This document shows positions 46,218 through 55,139 of a stretch of DNA of 64,000 bases, piece after piece; positions within the stretch are counted from its first letter, which is position 1; the number at the start of each line of letters is the position of its first letter. The translations under genes and the position numbers were made by a program. The notes beneath the pieces are model-generated. The model was not told the DNA's origin. It did not search any database and saw only the letters and a list, made by a program, of their open reading frames with translations. The stretch comes from a bacterium (GTDB taxonomy: Bacteria > Bacillota_I > Bacilli_A > RF39 > UBA660): positions 348-64,347 of the forward strand of contig CAVIDW010000005.1 in assembly GCA_963641945.1 (NCBI GenBank), in the 5' to 3' direction.

Positions 46218-47818
46218 TAAAGATTATCCATGGTTTAAATATTATAAAGATATGAGATTTCATATTGATTACCCTGATGTCTCTATGTATGAAATGGTTA
46301 AAAGAACTGTTAAAAAATATCCTAGTAGTATAGCATATAAATATTATGGGAATGAAGTAACATATAGATCATTACTTAGAAGAATAGATGATTCTGCTTG
46401 TGCTTTTGTAAGACTTGGAGTTAAAAAGAAAGATGTGGTTACTATATGTATGCCTAATACTCCTGAAGCAATAATAAGTGTTTATGCTTTAAATAAATTA
46501 GGTGCTATATGTAATATGATGCATCCTTTATCTAGTGAGGAGGAATTAAAGCAAGGAATAAATTTAGTTAATTCAAATTATGTAATAGTTGCCGATATAG
46601 CATTTTCTAAAATAAAGAATATTAAAAAAGATATTTCAGTTAATAAAATAATATATTTACCTATATGTGAATCTATGGATCCATTAACTAGATTAGGATA
46701 TAGATTAACTACAGGAAGAGGAGTTCTTGCTCCTATAGGAGAAGATGTTATTCCATATTATAGATTTATAGCTAGAGCTAAGTATCATAAAGAAACTATT
46801 AAAGATGAAGGAGTAGGTAGTGATACTGCTATTATTTTACATAGTGGTGGTACTACTGGTTCTCCTAAGGGAATAGCATTAACTAATATGAATTTTAATG
46901 CTCTTGCGTTAAGCGGAGTAGAAATTAACAAAACATTGGGACATGGTAATAGTATACTTGCTATAATGCCAATATTTCATGGATTTGGTTTAGGATGTAC
47001 ATTTCATGCATCATTTGTTAGTGGAGCAACTGCTATAATACTTCCTAGTGTTAATCCACGTAAATTTGATAGTACATTACTTAAATATAAGCCTAATATT
47101 ATAGCTTGTGTTCCAAGTTTATTAGAAGGACTTACTAATAGTAAGAAACTTGTAGATGAAGATTTATCTTTCTTAAAATGTGTTGTTTGTGGAGGAGATG
47201 TTTTAAGCCCTAAGTTAGCAAAAAAAATAGATGAATTTTTATATGATCATGGTAGTGATACTTTCGTTAGAACTGCATTTGGTATGACTGAGTGTACTGC
47301 TGGTGCTGCTATGATACCTATTGAAGAATCACGTGAAAAATCTATTGGCATACCTATACCTGATTGTTATATAAAGATATGCAAACAAGGTACTATTGAA
47401 GAATGTAATTATGGTGAAATAGGTGAAATTTGTATAAATGGCCCTACTGTAATGAAAGGATATATAAATAATAAAAAAGAAACTGATATAGTTTTAAAGA
47501 AACATAAAGATGGTAAGATTTGGCTTCATAGTGGAGATGCTGGATATATGGATAAAGATGGGTTTGTTTATTTTGAAGCTAGAATTAAAAGAATGATTGT
47601 TTCTAGTGGATATAATATTTATCCTGGACAATTAGAAGATATAATATGTGAACATCCTTATGTTAAAACTTGTGCTGTAGTTGGTGTTCCTCATCCGTAT
47701 AAAAAAGAAGTTGTTAAAGTATATATAGTTCTTAAAGATGGACTTGTACTTAATAGTGAAATAAAAAAGAGTATTAGAGAATATTGTGAAAAAAATATTG
47801 CTGCTTATGCTCTTCCAT
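46167..47818 (+). repeat. 1652-bp duplication, copy 1 (offset 1743 bp to copy 2)
   Basis: Spot comparison of several lines shows nucleotide identity. The encoded proteins are identical for 539 aa, and the 34 nt upstream of each ATG are also identical. Confidence 0.85.
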
Positions 47819-47910
47819 GTTCATATAATTATATAAATGAACTACCAAAAACTAAAATTGGTAAAGTTGCATATAAAGAGTTTATTAAAAATGATAATGT
47901 TGGAAAATAA
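46201..47910 (+). CDS. AMP-dependent acyl-CoA/acyl-ACP synthetase (long-chain fatty acid ligase family), copy 1
   Basis: AMP-binding motif ILHSGGTTGSPKG. Also GEICINGPTVMKGY and SGDAGYMDKDGFVYFEARIKRMI. Confidence 0.85.
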   Translation: MKKESDKDYPWFKYYKDMRFHIDYPDVSMYEMVKRTVKKYPSSIAYKYYGNEVTYRSLLRRIDDSACAFVRLGVKKKDVVTICMPNTPEAIISVYALNKLGAICNMMHPLSSEEELKQGINLVNSNYVIVADIAFSKIKNIKKDISVNKIIYLPICESMDPLTRLGYRLTTGRGVLAPIGEDVIPYYRFIARAKYHKETIKDEGVGSDTAIILHSGGTTGSPKGIALTNMNFNALALSGVEINKTLGHGNSILAIMPIFHGFGLGCTFHASFVSGATAIILPSVNPRKFDSTLLKYKPNIIACVPSLLEGLTNSKKLVDEDLSFLKCVVCGGDVLSPKLAKKIDEFLYDHGSDTFVRTAFGMTECTAGAAMIPIEESREKSIGIPIPDCYIKICKQGTIEECNYGEIGEICINGPTVMKGYINNKKETDIVLKKHKDGKIWLHSGDAGYMDKDGFVYFEARIKRMIVSSGYNIYPGQLEDIICEHPYVKTCAVVGVPHPYKKEVVKVYIVLKDGLVLNSEIKKSIREYCEKNIAAYALPCSYNYINELPKTKIGKVAYKEFIKNDNVGK

Positions 47911-49561
47911 ATATTGTTAGTAAAATGATACTGGAGGGAAGAAATGAAAAAAGAAAGTGATAAAGATTATCCATGGTTTAAATATTATAAAGATATGAGA
48001 TTTCATATTGATTACCCTGATGTCTCTATGTATGAAATGGTTAAAAGAACTGTTAAAAAATATCCTAGTAGTATAGCATATAAATATTATGGGAATGAAG
48101 TAACATATAGATCATTACTTAGAAGAATAGATGATTCTGCTTGTGCTTTTGTAAGACTTGGAGTTAAAAAGAAAGATGTGGTTACTATATGTATGCCTAA
48201 TACTCCTGAAGCAATAATAAGTGTTTATGCTTTAAATAAATTAGGTGCTATATGTAATATGATGCATCCTTTATCTAGTGAGGAGGAATTAAAGCAAGGA
48301 ATAAATTTAGTTAATTCAAATTATGTAATAGTTGCCGATATAGCATTTTCTAAAATAAAGAATATTAAAAAAGATATTTCAGTTAATAAAATAATATATT
48401 TACCTATATGTGAATCTATGGATCCATTAACTAGATTAGGATATAGATTAACTACAGGAAGAGGAGTTCTTGCTCCTATAGGAGAAGATGTTATTCCATA
48501 TTATAGATTTATAGCTAGAGCTAAGTATCATAAAGAAACTATTAAAGATGAAGGAGTAGGTAGTGATACTGCTATTATTTTACATAGTGGTGGTACTACT
48601 GGTTCTCCTAAGGGAATAGCATTAACTAATATGAATTTTAATGCTCTTGCGTTAAGCGGAGTAGAAATTAACAAAACATTGGGACATGGTAATAGTATAC
48701 TTGCTATAATGCCAATATTTCATGGATTTGGTTTAGGATGTACATTTCATGCATCATTTGTTAGTGGAGCAACTGCTATAATACTTCCTAGTGTTAATCC
48801 ACGTAAATTTGATAGTACATTACTTAAATATAAGCCTAATATTATAGCTTGTGTTCCAAGTTTATTAGAAGGACTTACTAATAGTAAGAAACTTGTAGAT
48901 GAAGATTTATCTTTCTTAAAATGTGTTGTTTGTGGAGGAGATGTTTTAAGCCCTAAGTTAGCAAAAAAAATAGATGAATTTTTATATGATCATGGTAGTG
49001 ATACTTTCGTTAGAACTGCATTTGGTATGACTGAGTGTACTGCTGGTGCTGCTATGATACCTATTGAAGAATCACGTGAAAAATCTATTGGCATACCTAT
49101 ACCTGATTGTTATATAAAGATATGCAAACAAGGTACTATTGAAGAATGTAATTATGGTGAAATAGGTGAAATTTGTATAAATGGCCCTACTGTAATGAAA
49201 GGATATATAAATAATAAAAAAGAAACTGATATAGTTTTAAAGAAACATAAAGATGGTAAGATTTGGCTTCATAGTGGAGATGCTGGATATATGGATAAAG
49301 ATGGGTTTGTTTATTTTGAAGCTAGAATTAAAAGAATGATTGTTTCTAGTGGATATAATATTTATCCTGGACAATTAGAAGATATAATATGTGAACATCC
49401 TTATGTTAAAACTTGTGCTGTAGTTGGTGTTCCTCATCCGTATAAAAAAGAAGTTGTTAAAGTATATATAGTTCTTAAAGATGGACTTGTACTTAATAGT
49501 GAAATAAAAAAGAGTATTAGAGAATATTGTGAAAAAAATATTGCTGCTTATGCTCTTCCAT
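47910..49561 (+). repeat. 1652-bp duplication, copy 2
   Basis: See copy 1. Identity ends after ...gctcttccat (codons AYALP). Confidence 0.85.
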
Positions 49562-49653
49562 ATGCGTATGGTTATAGAAAAGAATTACCTAAAACTAAAA
49601 TTGGTAAAGTTGCATATAAAGAACTTGCTGTAAGTGATGATGGTGAAGAATAA
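47944..49653 (+). CDS. AMP-dependent acyl-CoA/acyl-ACP synthetase, copy 2 (differs only in the last 30 aa)
   Basis: Identical to copy 1 up to ...AAYALP, then YAYGYRKELPKTKIGKVAYKELAVSDDGEE. The stop overlaps the start of the next acyltransferase gene (ATGA). Confidence 0.85.
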   Translation: MKKESDKDYPWFKYYKDMRFHIDYPDVSMYEMVKRTVKKYPSSIAYKYYGNEVTYRSLLRRIDDSACAFVRLGVKKKDVVTICMPNTPEAIISVYALNKLGAICNMMHPLSSEEELKQGINLVNSNYVIVADIAFSKIKNIKKDISVNKIIYLPICESMDPLTRLGYRLTTGRGVLAPIGEDVIPYYRFIARAKYHKETIKDEGVGSDTAIILHSGGTTGSPKGIALTNMNFNALALSGVEINKTLGHGNSILAIMPIFHGFGLGCTFHASFVSGATAIILPSVNPRKFDSTLLKYKPNIIACVPSLLEGLTNSKKLVDEDLSFLKCVVCGGDVLSPKLAKKIDEFLYDHGSDTFVRTAFGMTECTAGAAMIPIEESREKSIGIPIPDCYIKICKQGTIEECNYGEIGEICINGPTVMKGYINNKKETDIVLKKHKDGKIWLHSGDAGYMDKDGFVYFEARIKRMIVSSGYNIYPGQLEDIICEHPYVKTCAVVGVPHPYKKEVVKVYIVLKDGLVLNSEIKKSIREYCEKNIAAYALPYAYGYRKELPKTKIGKVAYKELAVSDDGEE

Positions 49654-50252
49654 TGAAAAGTTATAAAAGAGAGTTTGGTTATAGATTGTTAAAACCCTTT
49701 ATAAAGACTGTGTTTAAATTAAAATATAAGCCAACTATTATAGGAAAAGAAAATATTCCTAAAAGTGGTCCTGTTGTATTTTGTGGTAACCATATACATA
49801 AGGATGATCAATATAATGTTATGATTGTTACTAATAGAGTCATTCATTACATGGCTAAGGAAGAGTATTTCGAAGGTAATATGGCATGGTTTTATAGATT
49901 TGTAGGTTGTATTAAGGTTGATAGGAAAATTCATGATGAGAATGCTAAAAGTGAAGCTCTGGATATTTTAAAAAGTGGAGGTGCTTTAGGTATATTCCCT
50001 GAGGGAACTAGAAATAAGACTTTTGGAACTAAAGATGAGGTTGTTATGTTACCATTTAAGTTTGGAGCAGTTAGTTTGGCCCAAAAAACTAATGCTTTAA
50101 TTGTACCTTTTGGTATAAGTGGAAAGTATACTAGAGATGGAAAATTAACTACTAGAATAGGTAAGCCTTTTAGTGTTAATGATATGTCTTTGGAAGATGC
50201 TAATAAACTTTTGAGAAAAAAAATACTTAAATTAATGCAAAAAAGTGAATAA
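49653..50252 (+). CDS. Lysophospholipid acyltransferase family protein (second paralog)
   Basis: HxxxxD (NHIHKDD) and FPEGTRN motifs. Confidence 0.75.
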   Translation: MKSYKREFGYRLLKPFIKTVFKLKYKPTIIGKENIPKSGPVVFCGNHIHKDDQYNVMIVTNRVIHYMAKEEYFEGNMAWFYRFVGCIKVDRKIHDENAKSEALDILKSGGALGIFPEGTRNKTFGTKDEVVMLPFKFGAVSLAQKTNALIVPFGISGKYTRDGKLTTRIGKPFSVNDMSLEDANKLLRKKILKLMQKSE

Positions 50253-50286
50253 TAGTATATAATATACAAATGTGAGGTGAAACTCT

Positions 50287-51393
50287 ATGAAATTTATTTT
50301 AACTGCTGGTGGAACAGGGGGTCATATATATCCTGCTTTAGCAGTACTTGATGAAATAAAGAAAGATAAGAGTAATGAATACTTATATATTGGTACTAAG
50401 AATAGAATGGAAAATGAACTTATACCTGGTATGGGGATTCCTTATGATGGTATAGAAATTTATGGATTATCTAAAACTAATATGATAAGAAATCTAAAAA
50501 ATATTAAGTGTATTTCTAATTCTTATAAAAAGTGTCTTGCTATAATGGATGCTTTTAAACCTGATGCTGTAATTGCTTTTGGTGGTTATGTTACATTACC
50601 TGTTTGTTTGGCAGCAAAAAAATGTGGCATTAAAGTATTCTTACATGAACAAAATATGTTACCTGGCAAAACAAATATTTTTTTATCTAAAAAAGTTGAT
50701 GCTGTATTTGTATCATTTAAAGAAGGAACTAGAAAACTAAAATGTAAAAATATCATTTATACGGGTAATCCTGTTAGTCAAAGAGCTATTGAATGTAAAA
50801 AATTTAATAAAGTTGAATTAGGATTTGATAAGAATAAAAAATTAATAATAATAGTTATGGGTTCTCTTGGAAGTACGTCTGTTAATGAAAGACTTTTAGA
50901 TTTCTTAAGAACATATGAAAGAGAAGATACTGAAATATTATTTATTACTGGTAAATCTAGTTATGCAGCATTAAACAATAATTTAATTGTTCCAAAGAGT
51001 ACAAAAATAGTACCATTCTTTGACAATTTGCCAAGTTTAATGAAAAGTGCTGACTTGATAATATCAAGAGCTGGAGCTTCTACTATTGCAGAAATAATGG
51101 CAACTAAAACTCCATCTATATTAATACCAAGCCCTTATGTAGCAAATAATCATCAATATTATAATGCTCTTGATTTAGTACAAAAAAATATAAGTTTATT
51201 AATTGAAGAAAAAGATTTAGATAAAAATGCTTTAATTGAAGCTATAGATGAAATGTTTGATGAAAAAACATTTAAAGAAGTAAAAAAGAATTTATCAGAA
51301 ATAAAAGATATGAGTTCAAGTACTATAATATTAGAAGAAGTAAAAAAGATAATAAAGGGTAAGAATGAAAAAAAAGGTAAAAAGAAGATTTAA
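50287..51393 (+). CDS. murG: UDP-GlcNAc:undecaprenyl-PP-MurNAc-pentapeptide GlcNAc transferase MurG
   Basis: LTAGGTGGHIYPALAV N-terminus. C-terminal ...SRAGASTIAEI... motif. Confidence 0.9.
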   Translation: MKFILTAGGTGGHIYPALAVLDEIKKDKSNEYLYIGTKNRMENELIPGMGIPYDGIEIYGLSKTNMIRNLKNIKCISNSYKKCLAIMDAFKPDAVIAFGGYVTLPVCLAAKKCGIKVFLHEQNMLPGKTNIFLSKKVDAVFVSFKEGTRKLKCKNIIYTGNPVSQRAIECKKFNKVELGFDKNKKLIIIVMGSLGSTSVNERLLDFLRTYEREDTEILFITGKSSYAALNNNLIVPKSTKIVPFFDNLPSLMKSADLIISRAGASTIAEIMATKTPSILIPSPYVANNHQYYNALDLVQKNISLLIEEKDLDKNALIEAIDEMFDEKTFKEVKKNLSEIKDMSSSTIILEEVKKIIKGKNEKKGKKKI

Positions 51394-52042
51394 TTTTTTA
51401 AGATTTATTACGTTTATAATAATATTATTTATATTATATATAGTTATAAGTTTTTTACTTAGTATTAAAACTAAAAATATAGTCATATTAAATAATAATT
51501 ATTATAATGATGAAATAATAATGGAAAAAGCTGGGATTCAAAATTATCCTAAGTTTCTACTTTTAAATTCTAATAAAGTTAAAAAGAAAATTGAATCTTT
51601 AGATTTAGTTAGTAGTGTTACAGTTAAAAAGAAATTAAATTTTATATTAGAAATAACTGTAAATGAAAAGAAGATTTTATACTATAATAAATCTAATAAC
51701 TATTATAAATTGTCTGACGGAAGTACATATAAATCAAATGATATATATGGAGTACCTACTTTGATAAATTATATTCCAGAAGATATAGAAGCTAAATTTA
51801 TAAAGAAATTTAGTAAAGTTGATAGTAATATAATTGGTTTAATAAGTGAAATAGAGTATAGTAAAACTGAATTTGATAGTGAAAGATTCTTACTTTACAT
51901 GTGTGATGAAAATTTAGTATATATTACTGTTAGTAAAACAGAATTATTAAATAAATATTTAGATATAGTTGAAATACTAGAGGGTAAAAAAGGTATATTA
52001 TATTTAGATAGTGGTAATTATTTTGAAATAAAAGAAAAATGA
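51365..52042 (+). CDS. ftsQ: FtsQ/DivIB-like cell division protein (POTRA domain)
   Basis: Basic N-terminus, single TM, and a POTRA-like segment IVILNNNYYNDEIIMEKAGI. Lies downstream of murG. Confidence 0.6.
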   Translation: MKKKVKRRFNFLRFITFIIILFILYIVISFLLSIKTKNIVILNNNYYNDEIIMEKAGIQNYPKFLLLNSNKVKKKIESLDLVSSVTVKKKLNFILEITVNEKKILYYNKSNNYYKLSDGSTYKSNDIYGVPTLINYIPEDIEAKFIKKFSKVDSNIIGLISEIEYSKTEFDSERFLLYMCDENLVYITVSKTELLNKYLDIVEILEGKKGILYLDSGNYFEIKEK

Positions 52043-52078
52043 TATGTATAAAGCATATCTTTTTTAATATAATTTAAT

Positions 52079-52426
52079 ATGGAAAAGTTAGATAAATTTA
52101 AAAAATTTGTTTCAAATCATCCAGGATTTGTAGATTATGTCAAAAAAAATAATGTTTCATGGCAAACCTTATATGAACTATATGATATTTATGGTGAAGA
52201 TGATAAAATTTGGAATAAATATATTAAGAATGATATAAAAGATTCTATTAATATAAAAGGACTTTTAAATGCTCTTAAAAACATTAATTTAGATTCTTTA
52301 GAAGAAAATATATCTTCTATACAAAAAGCAGTTGGTTTAGTAGAAGAATTGACTCGTGAAGATGATAAAAAAGATGGTGAAGTAAAAGTAAAAGAAGAAA
52401 AGATAGATAAACTTTATGGTGAATAA
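52079..52426 (+). CDS. YlbD-like (putative coat protein family) protein
   Basis: FKKFVSNHPGFVDYVKKNNVSWQTLYELYDIYGEDDKIWNKY matches my recollection of the YlbD_coat motif. Confidence 0.55.
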   Translation: MEKLDKFKKFVSNHPGFVDYVKKNNVSWQTLYELYDIYGEDDKIWNKYIKNDIKDSINIKGLLNALKNINLDSLEENISSIQKAVGLVEELTREDDKKDGEVKVKEEKIDKLYGE

Positions 52427-52650
52427 TGAAATATGAGGTATTAGAAAAATTACGTAAAGATCCTAAGTATTTAGAATTCTTGAGACAAAATTCTTATTGG
52501 TATAAAAAATTAAATAGGAATCCTGATTCTTATAGTGAATTTATTGATGAAATGAAAGCAAAATATAAACTTAGAACTATAGATAAAATAGATAATATTG
52601 TTGATAGCGCAGACTTAATAAGCAAAATTATAAATATAACAAATCAGTAA
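52426..52650 (+). CDS. YlbE-like protein
   Basis: MKYEVLEKLRKDPKYLEFLRQNSYWYKKLNRNPDSY matches the YlbE family N-terminus. Overlaps the ylbD-like stop. Confidence 0.55.
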   Translation: MKYEVLEKLRKDPKYLEFLRQNSYWYKKLNRNPDSYSEFIDEMKAKYKLRTIDKIDNIVDSADLISKIINITNQ

Positions 52651-52695
52651 AATTTCATATAATTTACACTTTTTATATATTTTTATTTTTTAATG

Positions 52696-52725
52696 TTGAC
52701 ATCTAATTTATCTTGTTGTTATAAT
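52696..52725 (+). promoter_or_regulatory. Sigma-A type promoter of the pilin gene
   Basis: TTGACA (52696-52701), 18-nt spacer, TGtTATAAT (TATAAT at 52720-52725). Confidence 0.55.
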
Positions 52726-52778
52726 TAGAATATAAAGATAAAGGGTAAAACCCTATAGGAAAGGAAAGTGAAAATATA

Positions 52779-53261
52779 ATGAATAAGAAAGGATTTACAT
52801 TAGTTGAATTATTGGCTGTTATCGCTATTTTAGCAATCTTAGTTATTATAGCTTTACCAAACGTATTAGGTATGTTTAACAATGCTAAGAAGAGTACATT
52901 CAATACTGAAACTCAAAATATCTTAAAACAAGCTCAAACTGATTTTGTTCAAGATAGTATAACTGCTGCTGGAGCTCAAATTTATTGCCAAGATATTACT
53001 GGCGTTACAATTTGTCCTTCTACAGGATCTAAAAAATTAAATTTAGAATCAACTAAAGCTTATTATGTAAGTGTTGATGCTAATGGTAACATTACAAATA
53101 TCGTTGTAATCGATGGTTCATTTAAGTATGGAAAAACTGGTACTGCTAGTGCTCCAATTAAAGTAACTGATATTAAACAAGATGATGTTAAGGATATCGG
53201 TGATACTACTTATGCTACACCAGATGCTAGTTCAGTTGCAAGCTTCGATACAACTAAATAG
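52779..53261 (+). CDS. Type IV pilin / pseudopilin with an N-terminal methylation motif
   Basis: MNKKG|FTLVELLAVIAILAILVIIALPN class III signal. 160 aa. GGAAAGGAAAG RBS region. Confidence 0.85.
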   Translation: MNKKGFTLVELLAVIAILAILVIIALPNVLGMFNNAKKSTFNTETQNILKQAQTDFVQDSITAAGAQIYCQDITGVTICPSTGSKKLNLESTKAYYVSVDANGNITNIVVIDGSFKYGKTGTASAPIKVTDIKQDDVKDIGDTTYATPDASSVASFDTTK

Positions 53262-53275
53262 TTATTGAATAAATT

Positions 53276-53298
53276 AGGCTTTATTAAAAGCCTTTTTA
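53276..53298 (+). terminator. Rho-independent terminator of the pilin gene
   Basis: aggcttt-atta-aaagcct plus ttttt. Confidence 0.7.
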
Positions 53299-53389
53299 TT
53301 TTGTCAAAAATTAATAAATTATTTTTTTAGTGTTGCAATAAAAAATGATTAATGATAAAATTTATATAGAATATGTGAGGGTGTTAGTG

Positions 53390-53914
53390 ATGGAAGAAAA
53401 ACCAAATGTAGAAGTTGTTACAAATATGGAAAATACAAAGAAAAATAGAAAAGATTTAATTGTAAATTTAGTTTTAATTTTTGTTTTGTTAGTGGTATTT
53501 TTAGCAATTATTATTCCTTTAATTAAAGATACATTTGTTACTACTGCTAAAGATACTTTTGTTGCTAACTTGCAAGAAATAGTAAGAACTGCTGGAGAAA
53601 AATATGATGCTAGTAGTAGAGATGAGATAATATTTAATAATGCAACAGGTGATTCTGCTGATGCAACACTTTGTAATGATGGATTAGATGCTGATATAAG
53701 TGATGATGAATTATTATATTCAATAATAATAGATTATAAAGGACGTGTTAAACATTTTGCTGCAACAAATGGTTCATATGAATATTTATATGATATGGAT
53801 GAAGATTCAATAAATTATTTAACATTTGATATGATTGAACAAAATAGTATTAGAATGATTACTGAAGAAAATAAAAATTTGACTAGAGTTAGTTTAGAAA
53901 AATGTAGTTATTAA
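53390..53914 (+). CDS. Membrane-anchored hypothetical protein, pilin-like after the TM helix but lacking the prepilin cleavage motif
   Basis: TM LIVNLVLIFVLLVVFLAIIIPLI followed by TTAKDTFVANLQEIV, compared with the pilin NNAKKSTFNTETQNIL. ATG at 53390 after a GTGAGGGTG RBS. Confidence 0.5.
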   Translation: MEEKPNVEVVTNMENTKKNRKDLIVNLVLIFVLLVVFLAIIIPLIKDTFVTTAKDTFVANLQEIVRTAGEKYDASSRDEIIFNNATGDSADATLCNDGLDADISDDELLYSIIIDYKGRVKHFAATNGSYEYLYDMDEDSINYLTFDMIEQNSIRMITEENKNLTRVSLEKCSY

Positions 53915-53972
53915 GACTTTTAAAGTCTTTTTTTTATGATTAAAATGTTATATAATTTTTTATGGTGGTTAT

Positions 53973-54854
53973 ATGGGTTTGATAATTGGAAGTCATGTTA
54001 AATTTAATAATAATAAACAATTACTTGGAAGTGTTATGGAAGCTGTTAGTTATAATGCTAATACATTTATGTTTTATACTGGTTCTACTCAAAGTACAAG
54101 CAGATGTGAAATTAATGATAATTTAACATATGAAGCATTTAAATTAATGCTTGAAAATAATATTAATAGTGATAATGTTATTGTTCATGCTCCTTATATA
54201 GTTAATTTAGCTAATAGAGGTGATGAAAAAAAATATAATTTTTATTTAGATTTTTTTAGTGAAGAATTAAATAGAGTTAAAAAACTAGGTTTTAATAAAA
54301 TTGTTTTACATCCTGGCAGTGCAGTTAATTGTAGTAGAGATGAAGGATTAAAAAATATTATTTATGGATTAAATAAAGTTTTTGATAATACTTTAGATAC
54401 TATTGTTTTACTTGAATTTATGGCAGGAAAAGGTAATGAACTTGGTACATCTATTGATGAGATTAAATATATAATTGATGGTATTAAAGATAAAAATAGA
54501 GTTGGCGTTTGTTTAGATAGTTGTCATATGAATGATGCTGGAGTGGATATATCTAAATTGAATGAGTTTTTAGATGAATTTGATAATAAGATTGGTGTTG
54601 ATAAAATAAAATGTTTTCATTTAAATGATAGTAAAAATCAAATTGGTTCTCATAAAGATAGACATGATAATATTGGATATGGAACTATTGGGTTTGATAA
54701 CTTAATTAATATTACTACTAATAAAAGATTAGAGAAAATTCCTTTTATATTAGAAACACCATATATTAATAGAAATTCAAAAGAAGAGTTTCCTCCATAT
54801 AAATATGAAATAGAGAATGTTAGAAATAAAAAGTTTATTGATTTTATTCAATAA
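53973..54854 (+). CDS. nfo: Endonuclease IV
   Basis: IGSHV..., HAPYIVNLA and LHPGS motifs, ending ...LETP. 293 aa TIM-barrel AP endonuclease layout. Confidence 0.85.
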   Translation: MGLIIGSHVKFNNNKQLLGSVMEAVSYNANTFMFYTGSTQSTSRCEINDNLTYEAFKLMLENNINSDNVIVHAPYIVNLANRGDEKKYNFYLDFFSEELNRVKKLGFNKIVLHPGSAVNCSRDEGLKNIIYGLNKVFDNTLDTIVLLEFMAGKGNELGTSIDEIKYIIDGIKDKNRVGVCLDSCHMNDAGVDISKLNEFLDEFDNKIGVDKIKCFHLNDSKNQIGSHKDRHDNIGYGTIGFDNLINITTNKRLEKIPFILETPYINRNSKEEFPPYKYEIENVRNKKFIDFIQ

Positions 54855-55098
54855 ACTTTTTATATTCGTTGTATTTTTCTATTATTCCTTGATATAGATG
54901 TTTGTTAAAGTTTAATTCATATTTTGAGATATAACTTATGAAATTTGAATCTAATATTTTATCATAATCATTTTTAATTACGTTATAGATTAAATCTATT
55001 TCTTCATTTGATGCTGGAATACATTCTTTACTTAGATAATTTATAATATCTTGTTTTGTTAATTTACTAATGTAACTTTTTAATAATTCTTTTTTCAT
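54844..55098 (-). CDS. YqfT-like (DUF2624) small protein
   Basis: 84 aa with ISKLTKQDIINYLSKECIPASNEE. The nfo(yqfS)-yqfT neighbourhood matches B. subtilis. Confidence 0.5.
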   Translation of the reverse strand: MKKELLKSYISKLTKQDIINYLSKECIPASNEEIDLIYNVIKNDYDKILDSNFISYISKYELNFNKHLYQGIIEKYNEYKKFIE

Positions 55099-55139
55099 AA
55101 TAAAAGCCTCCTATTAAAGTTTATTAATAGAAGGTTTTT

